Shown piece by piece: positions 1 to 8,249 of a stretch of DNA of 38,960 nt (the stretch's first letter is position 1; the number at the start of each line of letters is the position of its first letter). The notes below the pieces were generated by a model. It worked only from the letters and a program-made list of their open reading frames with translations, had not been told where the DNA came from and did no database searches. The stretch spans positions 1 to 38,960 of the forward strand of contig CAIMOB010000038.1 of the NCBI GenBank assembly GCA_903842985.1, read 5' to 3'. Source of the stretch: an uncultured archaeon (GTDB lineage Archaea > Nanobdellota > Nanobdellia > Woesearchaeales > CAIVOO01). The translations under genes were made by a program, and so were the position numbers.

Positions 1-48
1 CTCCTTGAACCCCACAAGATTTATGTTTCCGCCAAGGTTTATGGTCAT
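1..48 (-). CDS. 5' fragment of a hypothetical protein (MTINLGGNINLVGFKE...), runs off window start
   Basis: Manual translation; ATG at 48 preceded by a G-rich SD-like GGGGGTAG; divergent from the MtaB-like gene. Confidence 0.6.
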   Translation of the reverse strand, partial: MTINLGGNINLVGFKE

Positions 49-151
49 GTTTCTACCCCCGCTTGCTTTTCGTAAGAACCCGTTTAAAACACATTATAAG
101 GGGTTATAAGACAATATTATTTATAAATGTTTCGCGATTTTTACAACTAAA

Positions 152-1378
152 ATGAGAGTATATATTGAAACCTATGGCTGCTCAGCAAACCTGAACAATG
201 CAGAGATAATGAAAGGTCTGCTTGCGAAAAAACACAAGATTGTTTCTTCTGAGAAAGATGCAGACTTAGTTATCCTAAACACCTGCGTTGTGAAAGGACC
301 AACAAGGAACAAGATCATGGGAAGGATGCAGAGCATAAAGAAAAAATTAGTCATAACAGGTTGCATGCCTGCTGCAGAACTTGAAACAATACAGAGGATA
401 AAGCCAAGCGCTGTCTGCGTTGGAATCAACAGCATCAAAAGGATTGAAGAAGCTATAAGCGCAGGAAAAAATATCCTGGACAAGGAAAAAGAAGTAAAAT
501 TAGGAACAGAAAAGATAAATGAAAACAGATTAATTGATATAATCCAGATAAGCGAAGGCTGCCTTGGGAACTGCAGCTATTGCCTGACAAAGCTGGCAAA
601 AGGAAACTTGTTTTCTTATCCAGAGGAAAGGATAATTGCTGAAATAAAGAAATCAAAATGCAAAGAAATCTGGCTAACTTCGCAGGACTGCGCAGCCTAC
701 GGCTTGGATAAAAAGACAAATTTGGTTAATCTGCTAAAAAAGATAACTGCGCTTGATAAAAACATTAAAATCAGGATAGGAATGATGAACCCTGACAATA
801 TCCTAAAGATTCTCGACGATTTAGTTCAAATATACAAGAATCCAAAAATATTCAAGTTCATTCACATCCCGCTTCAGAGCGGAAGCAACACTGTCCTGAG
901 AAATATGAACAGATTCTACAATGCAGATGATTTCAGGAAGATAATAAAAAGGTTAAGGGATGAAATCCCTGAAATCCAGATAATGACTGACATCATCTGC
1001 GGTTTCCCAGGCGAAACAAGCAAGCAATTCAACGATTCAACAAAATTAATCAGGGAAATAAAGCCAGATGCTGTCCACGTTTCAAGATACTGGCAGATGA
1101 AGAAGACAAAGGCAGCTGGAATGGAGCAGACAGCTGAAAAAATAATAATGGAAAGGTCAAAAGCAATGAATGAGCTTGTCAGGAAAATCTCAGCAGAAAA
1201 AAACAGGGAATTAGTCGGCTGGAAAGGAAAAGTGTTTTTTAATGAAGAAGAAAACAAAGGAAGAAATGATTCTTACAGGCAAGTCATAGTCAAGTGCAAA
1301 TCAGATTTAAAAGGCAAAGAAGCTGATGTTGAAGTTATCGATTCAGGAACATATTACCTCATCGCAAAGCTTCAGTAA
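152..1378 (+). CDS. mtaB: tRNA t6A37 C2-methylthiotransferase (MtaB/MiaB-like radical SAM)
   Basis: UPF0004 N-terminus IETYGCSAN...LNTCVVK...VITGC, radical SAM CLGNCSYC, HIPLQSGS, DIICGFPGET, short TRAM-like C-terminus. Confidence 0.88.
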   Translation: MRVYIETYGCSANLNNAEIMKGLLAKKHKIVSSEKDADLVILNTCVVKGPTRNKIMGRMQSIKKKLVITGCMPAAELETIQRIKPSAVCVGINSIKRIEEAISAGKNILDKEKEVKLGTEKINENRLIDIIQISEGCLGNCSYCLTKLAKGNLFSYPEERIIAEIKKSKCKEIWLTSQDCAAYGLDKKTNLVNLLKKITALDKNIKIRIGMMNPDNILKILDDLVQIYKNPKIFKFIHIPLQSGSNTVLRNMNRFYNADDFRKIIKRLRDEIPEIQIMTDIICGFPGETSKQFNDSTKLIREIKPDAVHVSRYWQMKKTKAAGMEQTAEKIIMERSKAMNELVRKISAEKNRELVGWKGKVFFNEEENKGRNDSYRQVIVKCKSDLKGKEADVEVIDSGTYYLIAKLQ

Positions 1379-1503
1379 ATCTCAGGCAATTTTTCTTTCT
1401 CTTTGTCCACAACTGTAACTATCTTGTCGCAGTCCCTGCAGTAGAACACTTCTTTTCCAACCTGCAGCGCTTTAGCACCGCATAAATCGCAAATTACGTC
1501 CAT
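1372..1503 (-). CDS. Small Zn-ribbon protein, 43 aa (MDVICDLCGAKALQVGKEVFYCRDCDKIVTVVDKEKEKLPEIY)
   Basis: Manual translation (below the ORF-track cutoff); two CxxC motifs; GGGGGC upstream of ATG. Confidence 0.7.
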   Translation of the reverse strand: MDVICDLCGAKALQVGKEVFYCRDCDKIVTVVDKEKEKLPEIY

Positions 1504-1562
1504 ATTGCCCCCAATATCCTAAAGCGCTGCGACTATATAATCATTTCGCTGAAATAGAGAAA

Positions 1563-1820
1563 TTATGCTTTGTAGACCAAGTCGCCTGCTTTAACGTCTT
1601 CCTTAACTTCAAGGCCAATTGCGTCGCCTGCTTTTGCCTCTTTTATAGGCTTCCTGTCAACCTGCATCGAATCAACGTTCTGCTCGAAACTGCTTCCATG
1701 GCCCTCAACAAGAATCTTGTCGCCGACCTTCAGCTTCTTGCCCTTTTCAATGACAACAACAGCTGCCTTGACATTGGGGAAGTAATGCGTTATTTTTCCA
1801 ATCAAAACTTTTTCAGCCAT
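1563..1820 (-). CDS. Stand-alone translation-factor domain II-like beta-barrel protein
   Basis: IGKITHYF...LKVGDKI...VDSMQVDRKPIKEAKAGDAIG resembles EF-Tu domain II / U32 peptidase C-terminal barrel; GAGGTG SD. Confidence 0.75.
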   Translation of the reverse strand: MAEKVLIGKITHYFPNVKAAVVVIEKGKKLKVGDKILVEGHGSSFEQNVDSMQVDRKPIKEAKAGDAIGLEVKEDVKAGDLVYKA

Positions 1821-1869
1821 TTTGCACCTCTATATGTTATTAGAATTTATGAGTATTTAAATATTTGCT

Positions 1870-3333
1870 TCAGTAACTCTTCGCAATATATGTCACAGCA
1901 GTTGCCTTCTTCCCGCAGATGACGCAGTTTCCAGATGCTTTCTCTTCTTTGTCAATTCTTTTGCCCCTGACATTCGCTTCTAGTTCCTTTTCAATAATCT
2001 CTGCGCATTTCTCTCCGTCAATTTCAAGCGAGCAGAAATTAACCCTTGCAATCTTATTGTTCTTGATTGCATTTTCAACATCCTTCTTTGTCTTTGCATC
2101 AATAACATTGCCTTCAAAGTTCTTCTCTGATTTTTTGATTAAATTTGCAGTGAATGTTTTTTCTATTTCCTTTATCTCTTTCAATAAATCCGCTTCTTTC
2201 ACCTGCTTTTTCTCTCCCAAGTCCCTTCTGAAAACAACAACGGACTTATTCTGCATGTCTTTCGGACCAATTTCTATTCTTATCGGCACTCCCTTCATCT
2301 CCCAGTAGTTGAATTTCCAGCCGGGTGTCTGGTCTCTTTCATCAAGAATAACGTCATATCCGGCAAGTTTTTCCTTTAATTCATTTGCCTTTTTCAAAAC
2401 CTCTTCTTTTCCATCTGTAAATAAAATAGGCACAATAACTATCTGCTTCGGCGCAACATCCCAAGGCAGTACAAGCCCTTTGTCGTCTCCGTGCAGGGCA
2501 ATCATCGCGCCGTAGATTCTTGAGATTGCGGGGCCATAGCAAGTTATGTAAGCCAGTTTTTCTTCGCTTTTCTCATCAACGAATTTGACATTGAATGGCT
2601 TTGAGAAATTCTGCCCAAGCATATGCGTTGAAGGCAGCTGAAGGACTTTTCCTGAGCCCATTAAAGCGTCTGCTGCATATGTATTCACCGCCCCTGCGAA
2701 TTTATCCCACTGCGGGCGCTGGAAAAATATAAATGGTATTGCAAACTTTTCAAGCAGGGTTTCCTTTGTTGTTTCCATGTCCTCCTTGACCTGCGCAAGC
2801 GCTTCTTTTTCAGTTGCAAAAACGTCGTGCGCCTCAATCCAGTGGAATTCCCTGCCCCTAAAAAAAGGCCTTGTCATCTTTCCCTCGTATCTCCAGACCT
2901 GGCAGGACTGATAGCGCTTGAAAGGCAAATCCTTGTAGCTTCTTATCCACAATGAATACATTTGGTACAATGCTGTTTCAGAAGTCGGACGCAAGGCCAT
3001 CTTTTCTTCAAACTTCTCGCCTGCGCCGTGCTCTGTTACCCAGAAAACTTCTGGAGCAAATCCCTTTACATGCTCTCCTTCCAGCTTGAAATTTGATTCA
3101 GGAATCAATGATGGCATTATCAATGGCTCGTGCCCCTTTCTTTCAAGAATATCCTCTGTTAGCTTGTACATTTTCTTTATGCTTTTTGTAGCCCATGGCA
3201 TGTAAACAACCAGCCCCTTGATGTTGTACCTGACATCGCCAAGCTCTGCCTTCTGGACTAGCTGGGTGTACCATTCTGAGAAATCATCTGACTTCTTTAC
3301 AGTTATTCCGGTGTCCACTTCTTTTTTTGCCAT
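1870..3333 (-). CDS. proS: Proline--tRNA ligase, archaeal/eukaryotic type
   Basis: FSEWY, LRPTSET, motif 2 WRYE...RPFFRGREFHWIEAH, anticodon domain PGWKFNYWEMKGVPIRIEIGPKD, C-terminal CVICG...AKSY; start moved to ATG 3333 because the longer ORF runs into tRNA-Pro. Confidence 0.96.
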   Translation of the reverse strand: MAKKEVDTGITVKKSDDFSEWYTQLVQKAELGDVRYNIKGLVVYMPWATKSIKKMYKLTEDILERKGHEPLIMPSLIPESNFKLEGEHVKGFAPEVFWVTEHGAGEKFEEKMALRPTSETALYQMYSLWIRSYKDLPFKRYQSCQVWRYEGKMTRPFFRGREFHWIEAHDVFATEKEALAQVKEDMETTKETLLEKFAIPFIFFQRPQWDKFAGAVNTYAADALMGSGKVLQLPSTHMLGQNFSKPFNVKFVDEKSEEKLAYITCYGPAISRIYGAMIALHGDDKGLVLPWDVAPKQIVIVPILFTDGKEEVLKKANELKEKLAGYDVILDERDQTPGWKFNYWEMKGVPIRIEIGPKDMQNKSVVVFRRDLGEKKQVKEADLLKEIKEIEKTFTANLIKKSEKNFEGNVIDAKTKKDVENAIKNNKIARVNFCSLEIDGEKCAEIIEKELEANVRGKRIDKEEKASGNCVICGKKATAVTYIAKSY

Positions 3334-3339
3334 GTTAAA

Positions 3340-3413
3340 TGGGGCTGCCCGGATTTGAACCGGGGTCATCCGGTCCCAAGCCGGAAAGGATAACCAAGCT
3401 ACCCCACAGCCCC
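3340..3413 (-). tRNA. tRNA-Pro(TGG)
   Basis: Acceptor GGGGCTG/CAGCCCC-A, anticodon arm TCCGG-CTTGGGA-CCGGA, T-loop GGTTCAAATCC; no encoded CCA. Confidence 0.96.
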
Positions 3414-3498
3414 CTGATATTTGTTAGGATAGAATTTGTTTTTAAATTTATCGTTATTTTCAATAAGATTTATAAATATAAAAAATAAAACAGTATAT

Positions 3499-3669
3499 AT
3501 GAAATGCAAAGGATGCAGTTCCGAGCCAGGGGAGCTTGACCACTACTGCCGCAAATGCGGCTCTGACCTGGAAAATCCCTACTGTTCTGAGTGCAACTCA
3601 ATCATTAAAAAAGACGATGCTTTCTGCTGGAAATGCGGCGCAAACCTTGAGAAAGATGAAAAAAAGTAG
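3499..3669 (+). CDS. Double zinc-ribbon (DZR) protein
   Basis: Four CxxC motifs (CKGC, CRKC, CSEC, CWKC); ATG 3499 lies ~25 nt after TTTATAAATA. Confidence 0.8.
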   Translation: MKCKGCSSEPGELDHYCRKCGSDLENPYCSECNSIIKKDDAFCWKCGANLEKDEKK

Positions 3670-3946
3670 TCTCTTGTTTATTGTTCTTGTCTGTTTCCTG
3701 CTGATGGGCTGCGCCAAGGCCAAAAAAGCGTCTGATGTTGAATGCCTTTATGATTCTGACTGCGCAACAGCAGGCTGCTCAGGAGAAGTGTGTGCTGTAA
3801 AAGAGAAGGCAAAAGATATCATTACAACCTGCGTTTACAAGGAAGAATACGACTGCCTGAAAAAGACATCCTGCTCCTGCGTTGATTACAGATGCAAATG
3901 GGATGAGACAACCCAGTACAAGGACTGCATGAAATCATTTAAGTAA
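3656..3946 (+). CDS. Secreted/lipoprotein-like eight-cysteine-cluster domain protein
   Basis: Signal MKKSSLLFIVLVCFLLMGC, then C-x-x-DSDC...GCSGEVC...TTC...YDC...CSCVDYRCKW. Confidence 0.78.
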   Translation: MKKSSLLFIVLVCFLLMGCAKAKKASDVECLYDSDCATAGCSGEVCAVKEKAKDIITTCVYKEEYDCLKKTSCSCVDYRCKWDETTQYKDCMKSFK

Positions 3947-4330
3947 TGCAGACCAGTCAGCTTCTTTGCTCCACTTCCCCTTGCTGAAGAACAGCGAGTT
4001 GCTTTTTGATTTTTCCAGCGCCTCGCCTGCTGTGTCAATCGCCTTCTCCATCTGCTTCGCATCAACTTCGCCAAGATAAGCTGTCTTCTTCCCAAACTCA
4101 AGGACAAAACTCGGCTTTTTGGCTGCAAGCTTCTTAAGAATGCCTTTTAATTTCTGCCTGTCAAGTTTTTCAAAATCATCAAAGCTGATAAAAATCTCAT
4201 GCTGGTTCTTGACTGCGCCTTCGCCAACAAGCGAGCGGTTCACTTTTGCATCGCACAAATCGCAGAACATCTTCTCTATCTCCTTTGCTTCCTTTTCGCT
4301 GTATGTCTTGCTCAATGCAACTTCTATCAT
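3935..4330 (-). CDS. Hypothetical protein (~131 aa)
   Basis: ORF with GAGGTG SD before ATG 4330; the upstream ORF extension overlaps tRNA-Arg and is discarded. Confidence 0.7.
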   Translation of the reverse strand: MIEVALSKTYSEKEAKEIEKMFCDLCDAKVNRSLVGEGAVKNQHEIFISFDDFEKLDRQKLKGILKKLAAKKPSFVLEFGKKTAYLGEVDAKQMEKAIDTAGEALEKSKSNSLFFSKGKWSKEADWSALLK

Positions 4331-4357
4331 CTCAAACACCTCTTCCAATAATTTAAG

Positions 4358-4429
4358 CGGGCCCGCCAGGATTCGAACCCGGATCAATCGGTCCGAAGCC
4401 GACCGCACTATCCGTTATGCTACGGGCCC
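4358..4429 (-). tRNA. tRNA-Arg(TCG)
   Basis: Acceptor GGGCCCG/CGGGCCC-G, anticodon arm GTCGG-CTTCGGA-CCGAT, GGTTCGAATCC; upstream TTTTTAAATA. Confidence 0.95.
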
Positions 4430-4532
4430 GAATCAATTGAATGAGAATATATTTAAAAATGTATTGGTAAATTAAACCTTGACATAAAGATAATCCCGAC
4501 TTCATCGAGATTATCAGACGTGCAAATCCCTT

Positions 4533-5066
4533 TTAGCGGACTTGCACATAAACCTTGTGCGTCAGGCTGTCATAAGCTTTAGTGTCAGAAATCACTTTCA
4601 CTTCAACATTTATTATGTAAGTCCCGCTTCCTGCATTCTTATTTATTGATATCACCAAAGGCGAAATCTTCTGCTCGTTGTTTTTCAGCGCAATGTCCTG
4701 CTTGACAAATGAAACCATTGGCTTATTGCAGTCAGTTATCGCGCCTGCCAAGCTGATTGTTGCATTGCATACTGCATTTATGCTGAATGTCTTGTCTGCG
4801 CCGGCGCTGTTCAGTATTCCAATGCCAATTGCGCTGCTTTTGCCTCCTGCTATCTCAATATTTCTTGGGTAAACCGCAACCTTCTCTCCCTCTGCGAGTA
4901 TCCTCTGCGCCTCACTGACAAAGCTCTGGTCAAGCTCTGCCCTCTTCTGCTCACTCTGTCCCATCAGCCTGTAGGAAAGAAGTACTGCAAGGCCCAATAC
5001 AACAACAGCTAAAATAAGTATTACAATGAAGTTTGTCGACAATGAAACTGCTGATTTTTTGTTCAT
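4533..5066 (-). CDS. Archaeal prepilin-like (class III signal peptide) protein
   Basis: MNKKSA-VSLSTNFIVILILAVVVL basic leader plus hydrophobic helix; Ig-like C-terminus (GTYIINVEV); paralogous to 5063-5572. Confidence 0.75.
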   Translation of the reverse strand: MNKKSAVSLSTNFIVILILAVVVLGLAVLLSYRLMGQSEQKRAELDQSFVSEAQRILAEGEKVAVYPRNIEIAGGKSSAIGIGILNSAGADKTFSINAVCNATISLAGAITDCNKPMVSFVKQDIALKNNEQKISPLVISINKNAGSGTYIINVEVKVISDTKAYDSLTHKVYVQVR

Positions 5067-5572
5067 ATTTTCACGTAAACTTTCTGCAATCCGCCGTATG
5101 GGTCGCTTGAACCAGGATAGGTAACAGTTACATCAAATATGTATGTTCCCGGATTTGCGCCGTTTGATTTTATGACTAGCACAGCAACATCATCCTTGTT
5201 GTTTGGTATTGTTAGCTTATTGTTGTATACTGCTTTCATACTGCTGCAGCTACATCCAGTTCCTATGCAGGTTTTGCATTGAACTGTGATTATAAAATCT
5301 GTTTGTGCCCCGAGAATGTTCAGTATGCCTATTCCCATTACCTCCTGCTTTCCTTTGTACTCTATCTGCGTCGGATAAACAGCAACTTTCATCCCCTGGT
5401 CCATTATCATAGACCGCAGCGCTGCCGTTGTCTGCTGGTCAATGCTTGCGGTCAGTACTGATGATTTGCTGAAGAAATTATATGCAAATGATATTGCAAG
5501 GACAAATACAACAATTGTTATGATTAGCGTAACAAGAAAATTTATGCTTAGCTCGAATCCTTTCTTTTTCAT
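5063..5572 (-). CDS. Archaeal prepilin-like (class III signal peptide) protein
   Basis: MKKKG-FELSINFLVTLII; shares KVAVYP...GIGILN...GTYI with neighbour. Confidence 0.78.
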   Translation of the reverse strand: MKKKGFELSINFLVTLIITIVVFVLAISFAYNFFSKSSVLTASIDQQTTAALRSMIMDQGMKVAVYPTQIEYKGKQEVMGIGILNILGAQTDFIITVQCKTCIGTGCSCSSMKAVYNNKLTIPNNKDDVAVLVIKSNGANPGTYIFDVTVTYPGSSDPYGGLQKVYVKI

Positions 5573-5615
5573 TTTATTGTTTTAAAAAATAATTAAAAAA
5601 GAAAAAAGAGGGATT

Positions 5616-5843
5616 TTATCCCTTTCGTTTTGTCCATTCGTAATGCTTGCTTACCATCACAATAAAGATAATAAACACTGCAGCTGACAAAACTATTATC
5701 AGGAAGGAATCAACAATTGCGTCAATGCCTCCTGTCCACATGACATATAGTCCGTAAATCAGGATAATTGTGGCAATCCACAATATCTTGTCCATGACAA
5801 GTCGCATCATGTCAAATTCCTGCTCAGGTGTAAATTTTGTCAT
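5616..5843 (-). CDS. Small two-TM membrane protein
   Basis: Two hydrophobic segments in 75 aa; GAGG SD. Confidence 0.7.
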   Translation of the reverse strand: MTKFTPEQEFDMMRLVMDKILWIATIILIYGLYVMWTGGIDAIVDSFLIIVLSAAVFIIFIVMVSKHYEWTKRKG

Positions 5844-5857
5844 TTTTCAGTGCCTCT

Positions 5858-6418
5858 TTAGTCTGTAATAGTTACTATCATCTGCTCTGATGCAACAGTG
5901 GTTGCAGTACATGCAGTGATAGCACCGCCTGCTGGAGGCGCGGCATTGCAAATGACAACAGTACAGATTCCAGTGTCTCCTGAATTTCCTGCAGCAAGTT
6001 TTAAAATTGTTTTCCAGTTTGCCGGTTTTCCTGCTATCATGGATTGGTCTGCGGCAGTTAATGTTGGAACATCAGCTGTTGGAAGTCCAGTACAACTTGT
6101 TATTCTTGGACCTGAATCAGAATACGTTGTTGCACTGTACCCACTGATAATTATTTGTGCTCCTGTTGTCAATTGAGACTTGCTTATTGACACCTGCGAT
6201 GGATCCAATGTCATTGGGTCGTCTGGCGTTGCTGGCTTGGTAACCTCGGTATCAGTTATAGAGGTTGTAACTTTTGCGCTAATCTTCCCAAACATACCTC
6301 TTACAAACAATACTCCGATTCCTAGAACTATCAGTGCTATAATCAATATGACAATTGCATTGATAGAAAGCTCTAATCCTGCTTTTTTGTACTTTCTTAA
6401 TTTCTTTAAAAAGCTCAC
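5858..6418 (-). CDS. Archaeal prepilin-like protein (possible major pilin)
   Basis: KKAG-LELSINAIVILIIALIVL; Thr/Ala/Gly-rich head with 4 Cys; GTG start with GAGGTG SD. Confidence 0.75.
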   Translation of the reverse strand: MSFLKKLRKYKKAGLELSINAIVILIIALIVLGIGVLFVRGMFGKISAKVTTSITDTEVTKPATPDDPMTLDPSQVSISKSQLTTGAQIIISGYSATTYSDSGPRITSCTGLPTADVPTLTAADQSMIAGKPANWKTILKLAAGNSGDTGICTVVICNAAPPAGGAITACTATTVASEQMIVTITD

Positions 6419-6547
6419 TTTCTCACCTCTGGGTTTTTTTGAAAATAACTAGATTAAGTATATATAATGTTTATTTATAAATTTTTCGCTATTTTTAGGC
6501 GTTTTAAAGCGAAATATTTAAAAACAAGTCCCTTAAATTTCAAGTAT

Positions 6548-7093
6548 ATGGCAAGAATAAGGAAGTTCGTGAGCTACAGAAACGTGAAAAGACCGTATAC
6601 TCGAAAGTCTAAATTCACAAAAAAGAACTATGTCAGGGTTGCGCCTACATTAAGGATACAGAGGTTTGAAGCCGGCAATCCTAATAAGAAGTTTGAGTAT
6701 TTTGTACTAATAAGGCCAAAAACCAGGCTGCAGATAAGAGACAATGCGATTGAAGCTGCAAGGCAGGCTTCAAACAGAGTTCTTGCAAAGAACATGACAA
6801 AGGATGATTATTACTTTAAGACAAGGGTTTATCCGCATCACATTCTAAGGGAGAATCCGTTGGCTTCAGGTGCAGGCGCAGACAGAATGAGCACAGGAAT
6901 GGCAAGATCATTTGGAAAGAACATAGGCATTGCTGCTCAGGTTGATAAGACAAAGCCGATTTTCCAGATAAACGTAAACAAACAGAATCTGAAGCACGCG
7001 AAAAGAGCAATGAAGCTTGCTTCAACAAAGATGCCCTGCAAATGCTACATTGACATATTCGATTCAGTTACTAAGAAGAGAGTATTTGTTTAA
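6548..7093 (+). CDS. rpl10e: 50S ribosomal protein uL16 (L10e)
   Basis: RPYTR, QIRDNAIEAAR, YPHHILRENPLASGAGADRMSTGMARSFGK; start ATG 6548. Confidence 0.96.
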   Translation: MARIRKFVSYRNVKRPYTRKSKFTKKNYVRVAPTLRIQRFEAGNPNKKFEYFVLIRPKTRLQIRDNAIEAARQASNRVLAKNMTKDDYYFKTRVYPHHILRENPLASGAGADRMSTGMARSFGKNIGIAAQVDKTKPIFQINVNKQNLKHAKRAMKLASTKMPCKCYIDIFDSVTKKRVFV

Positions 7094-7994
7094 GTTCTTC
7101 AATCGTTGTGACTGCGTTGTGCTTTTTTGCAAATTCTTTGTAATCATCAAGAATGTCTGTCTTGCTCAGGTAGATTATAACTGGCTTCTTGAATTCCTTC
7201 ACTACATCCAGAAGTTTTAGCTGGTCTTCAATCGGGTAGATTTCTGTCAGGTCAAAAATATAAATTATCTTGTCAGCGACATATCTCATTGCAAGGACTG
7301 CCTGCCTTTCTATGGTGTTCATTTTTTCAAACCTGTTTAATGTGCCGGGCGTGTCAATGAACTGGATGTCATTAGAGTAACCGATGTTAAGCCTTTTTGT
7401 CGTGAATGAATAAGATGCAATTTCAGGCTTAGATTTCGTGAGCTTTGAAAGCAGTGTTGTCTTGCCGACATTCGGGAAGCCGGCGATGCAGACTGTATTC
7501 ATCTTCTTGACGACAGGGAAATCATTCAAAATTTTTCTTGCTTCCTCAAGAAGCTGGAGATTCTTGTTTATCTGCCTCATTGTTGACGAAGCCCTTCCGT
7601 AGAACTCTGTCCTGAACTGGTTTATTTTCTGCAGCTGGGTGCACTTCACTATTTTATGCTTGTACATCTTGTAGAATTCATTTATCTTCTCTGACGCCCA
7701 CATCATCGCTGCCAGCGATTTCCTAAAGTCGCCGACATCAAAATAGCATTTTATCAATTCCTGGTAGAAAGGTGATAATTCCCTATAGTTTGGAAATGCC
7801 CTCTGTATTTTTTCAAGAAAGTCTGACAGCGTTTCCTTGATTGTTTCAAGCTTGATTGTTTCAACCATCTGCGATTTTTGCAGCCTTGACCCGCTTGTCT
7901 TCAGCCTTATCAGCCTTGCGCTTTCATTCGCCCTCTTGAAAGCTACTCCTATGTAGAACTCGTTGCTCTCTATTTTTCCAGTTGGGATGTTCAT
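7071..7994 (-). CDS. NOG1-family (Obg-related) GTP-binding protein
   Basis: N-terminal helical NOG1 region (LSPFYQELI), G1 GFPNVGKTT, G2 YSFTT, G3 DTPG, G4 SKTD; start at ATG 7994 after tRNA-Thr. Confidence 0.9.
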   Translation of the reverse strand: MNIPTGKIESNEFYIGVAFKRANESARLIRLKTSGSRLQKSQMVETIKLETIKETLSDFLEKIQRAFPNYRELSPFYQELIKCYFDVGDFRKSLAAMMWASEKINEFYKMYKHKIVKCTQLQKINQFRTEFYGRASSTMRQINKNLQLLEEARKILNDFPVVKKMNTVCIAGFPNVGKTTLLSKLTKSKPEIASYSFTTKRLNIGYSNDIQFIDTPGTLNRFEKMNTIERQAVLAMRYVADKIIYIFDLTEIYPIEDQLKLLDVVKEFKKPVIIYLSKTDILDDYKEFAKKHNAVTTIEELKQILSS

Positions 7995-7999
7995 AGGTA

Positions 8000-8072
8000 A
8001 GCCCCGGGGGGGAATTGAACCCCCGACCTCCGCCTTACCAAGGCGGCGCTCTACCGACTGAGCCACCGGGGC
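8000..8072 (-). tRNA. tRNA-Thr(GGT)
   Basis: Acceptor GCCCCGG/CCGGGGC-T, anticodon arm CCGCC-TTGGTAA-GGCGG, GGTTCAATTCC; upstream TTTATAAA. Confidence 0.96.
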
Positions 8073-8126
8073 ATATACCTTAAAAATAACGATATCTTTA
8101 TAAAATATTACCCTTTTTTTATATCA

Positions 8127-8244
8127 TAAAAATCCGTTTAGCGCGGATTTTTAGGATGCTCAGAAACGAGCGCGTTTCTGACATACAGAAAATGCTGAGC
8201 CGCCCTAAATGGGTGATTCCAACAGGAGTCTAGGGCTCGGGAGG
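8127..8244 (+). promoter_or_regulatory. Putative structured 5' leader of rps6e
   Basis: Perfect stems TAAAAATCCG/CGGATTTTTA and TCAGAAACG/CGTTTCTGA, then a three-way junction abutting the GGAGG SD. Confidence 0.45.
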
Positions 8245-8249
8245 AAAAA

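Noticed and set aside
3334..3369. N-terminal extension of proS in the ORF track
   Set aside because: It is a translation of the tRNA-Pro 3' half; the real start is ATG 3333.
4331..4408. N-terminal extension of the 3935 ORF
   Set aside because: Overlaps tRNA-Arg; the SD supports ATG 4330.
7995..8066. N-terminal extension of NOG1 (MAQSVERRLGKAEVGGSIP...)
   Set aside because: Typical spurious translation through tRNA-Thr.
3340..8072. tRNAs as integration sites of an island
   Set aside because: No integrase and no duplicated tRNA 3' end were found; flanking genes are housekeeping.
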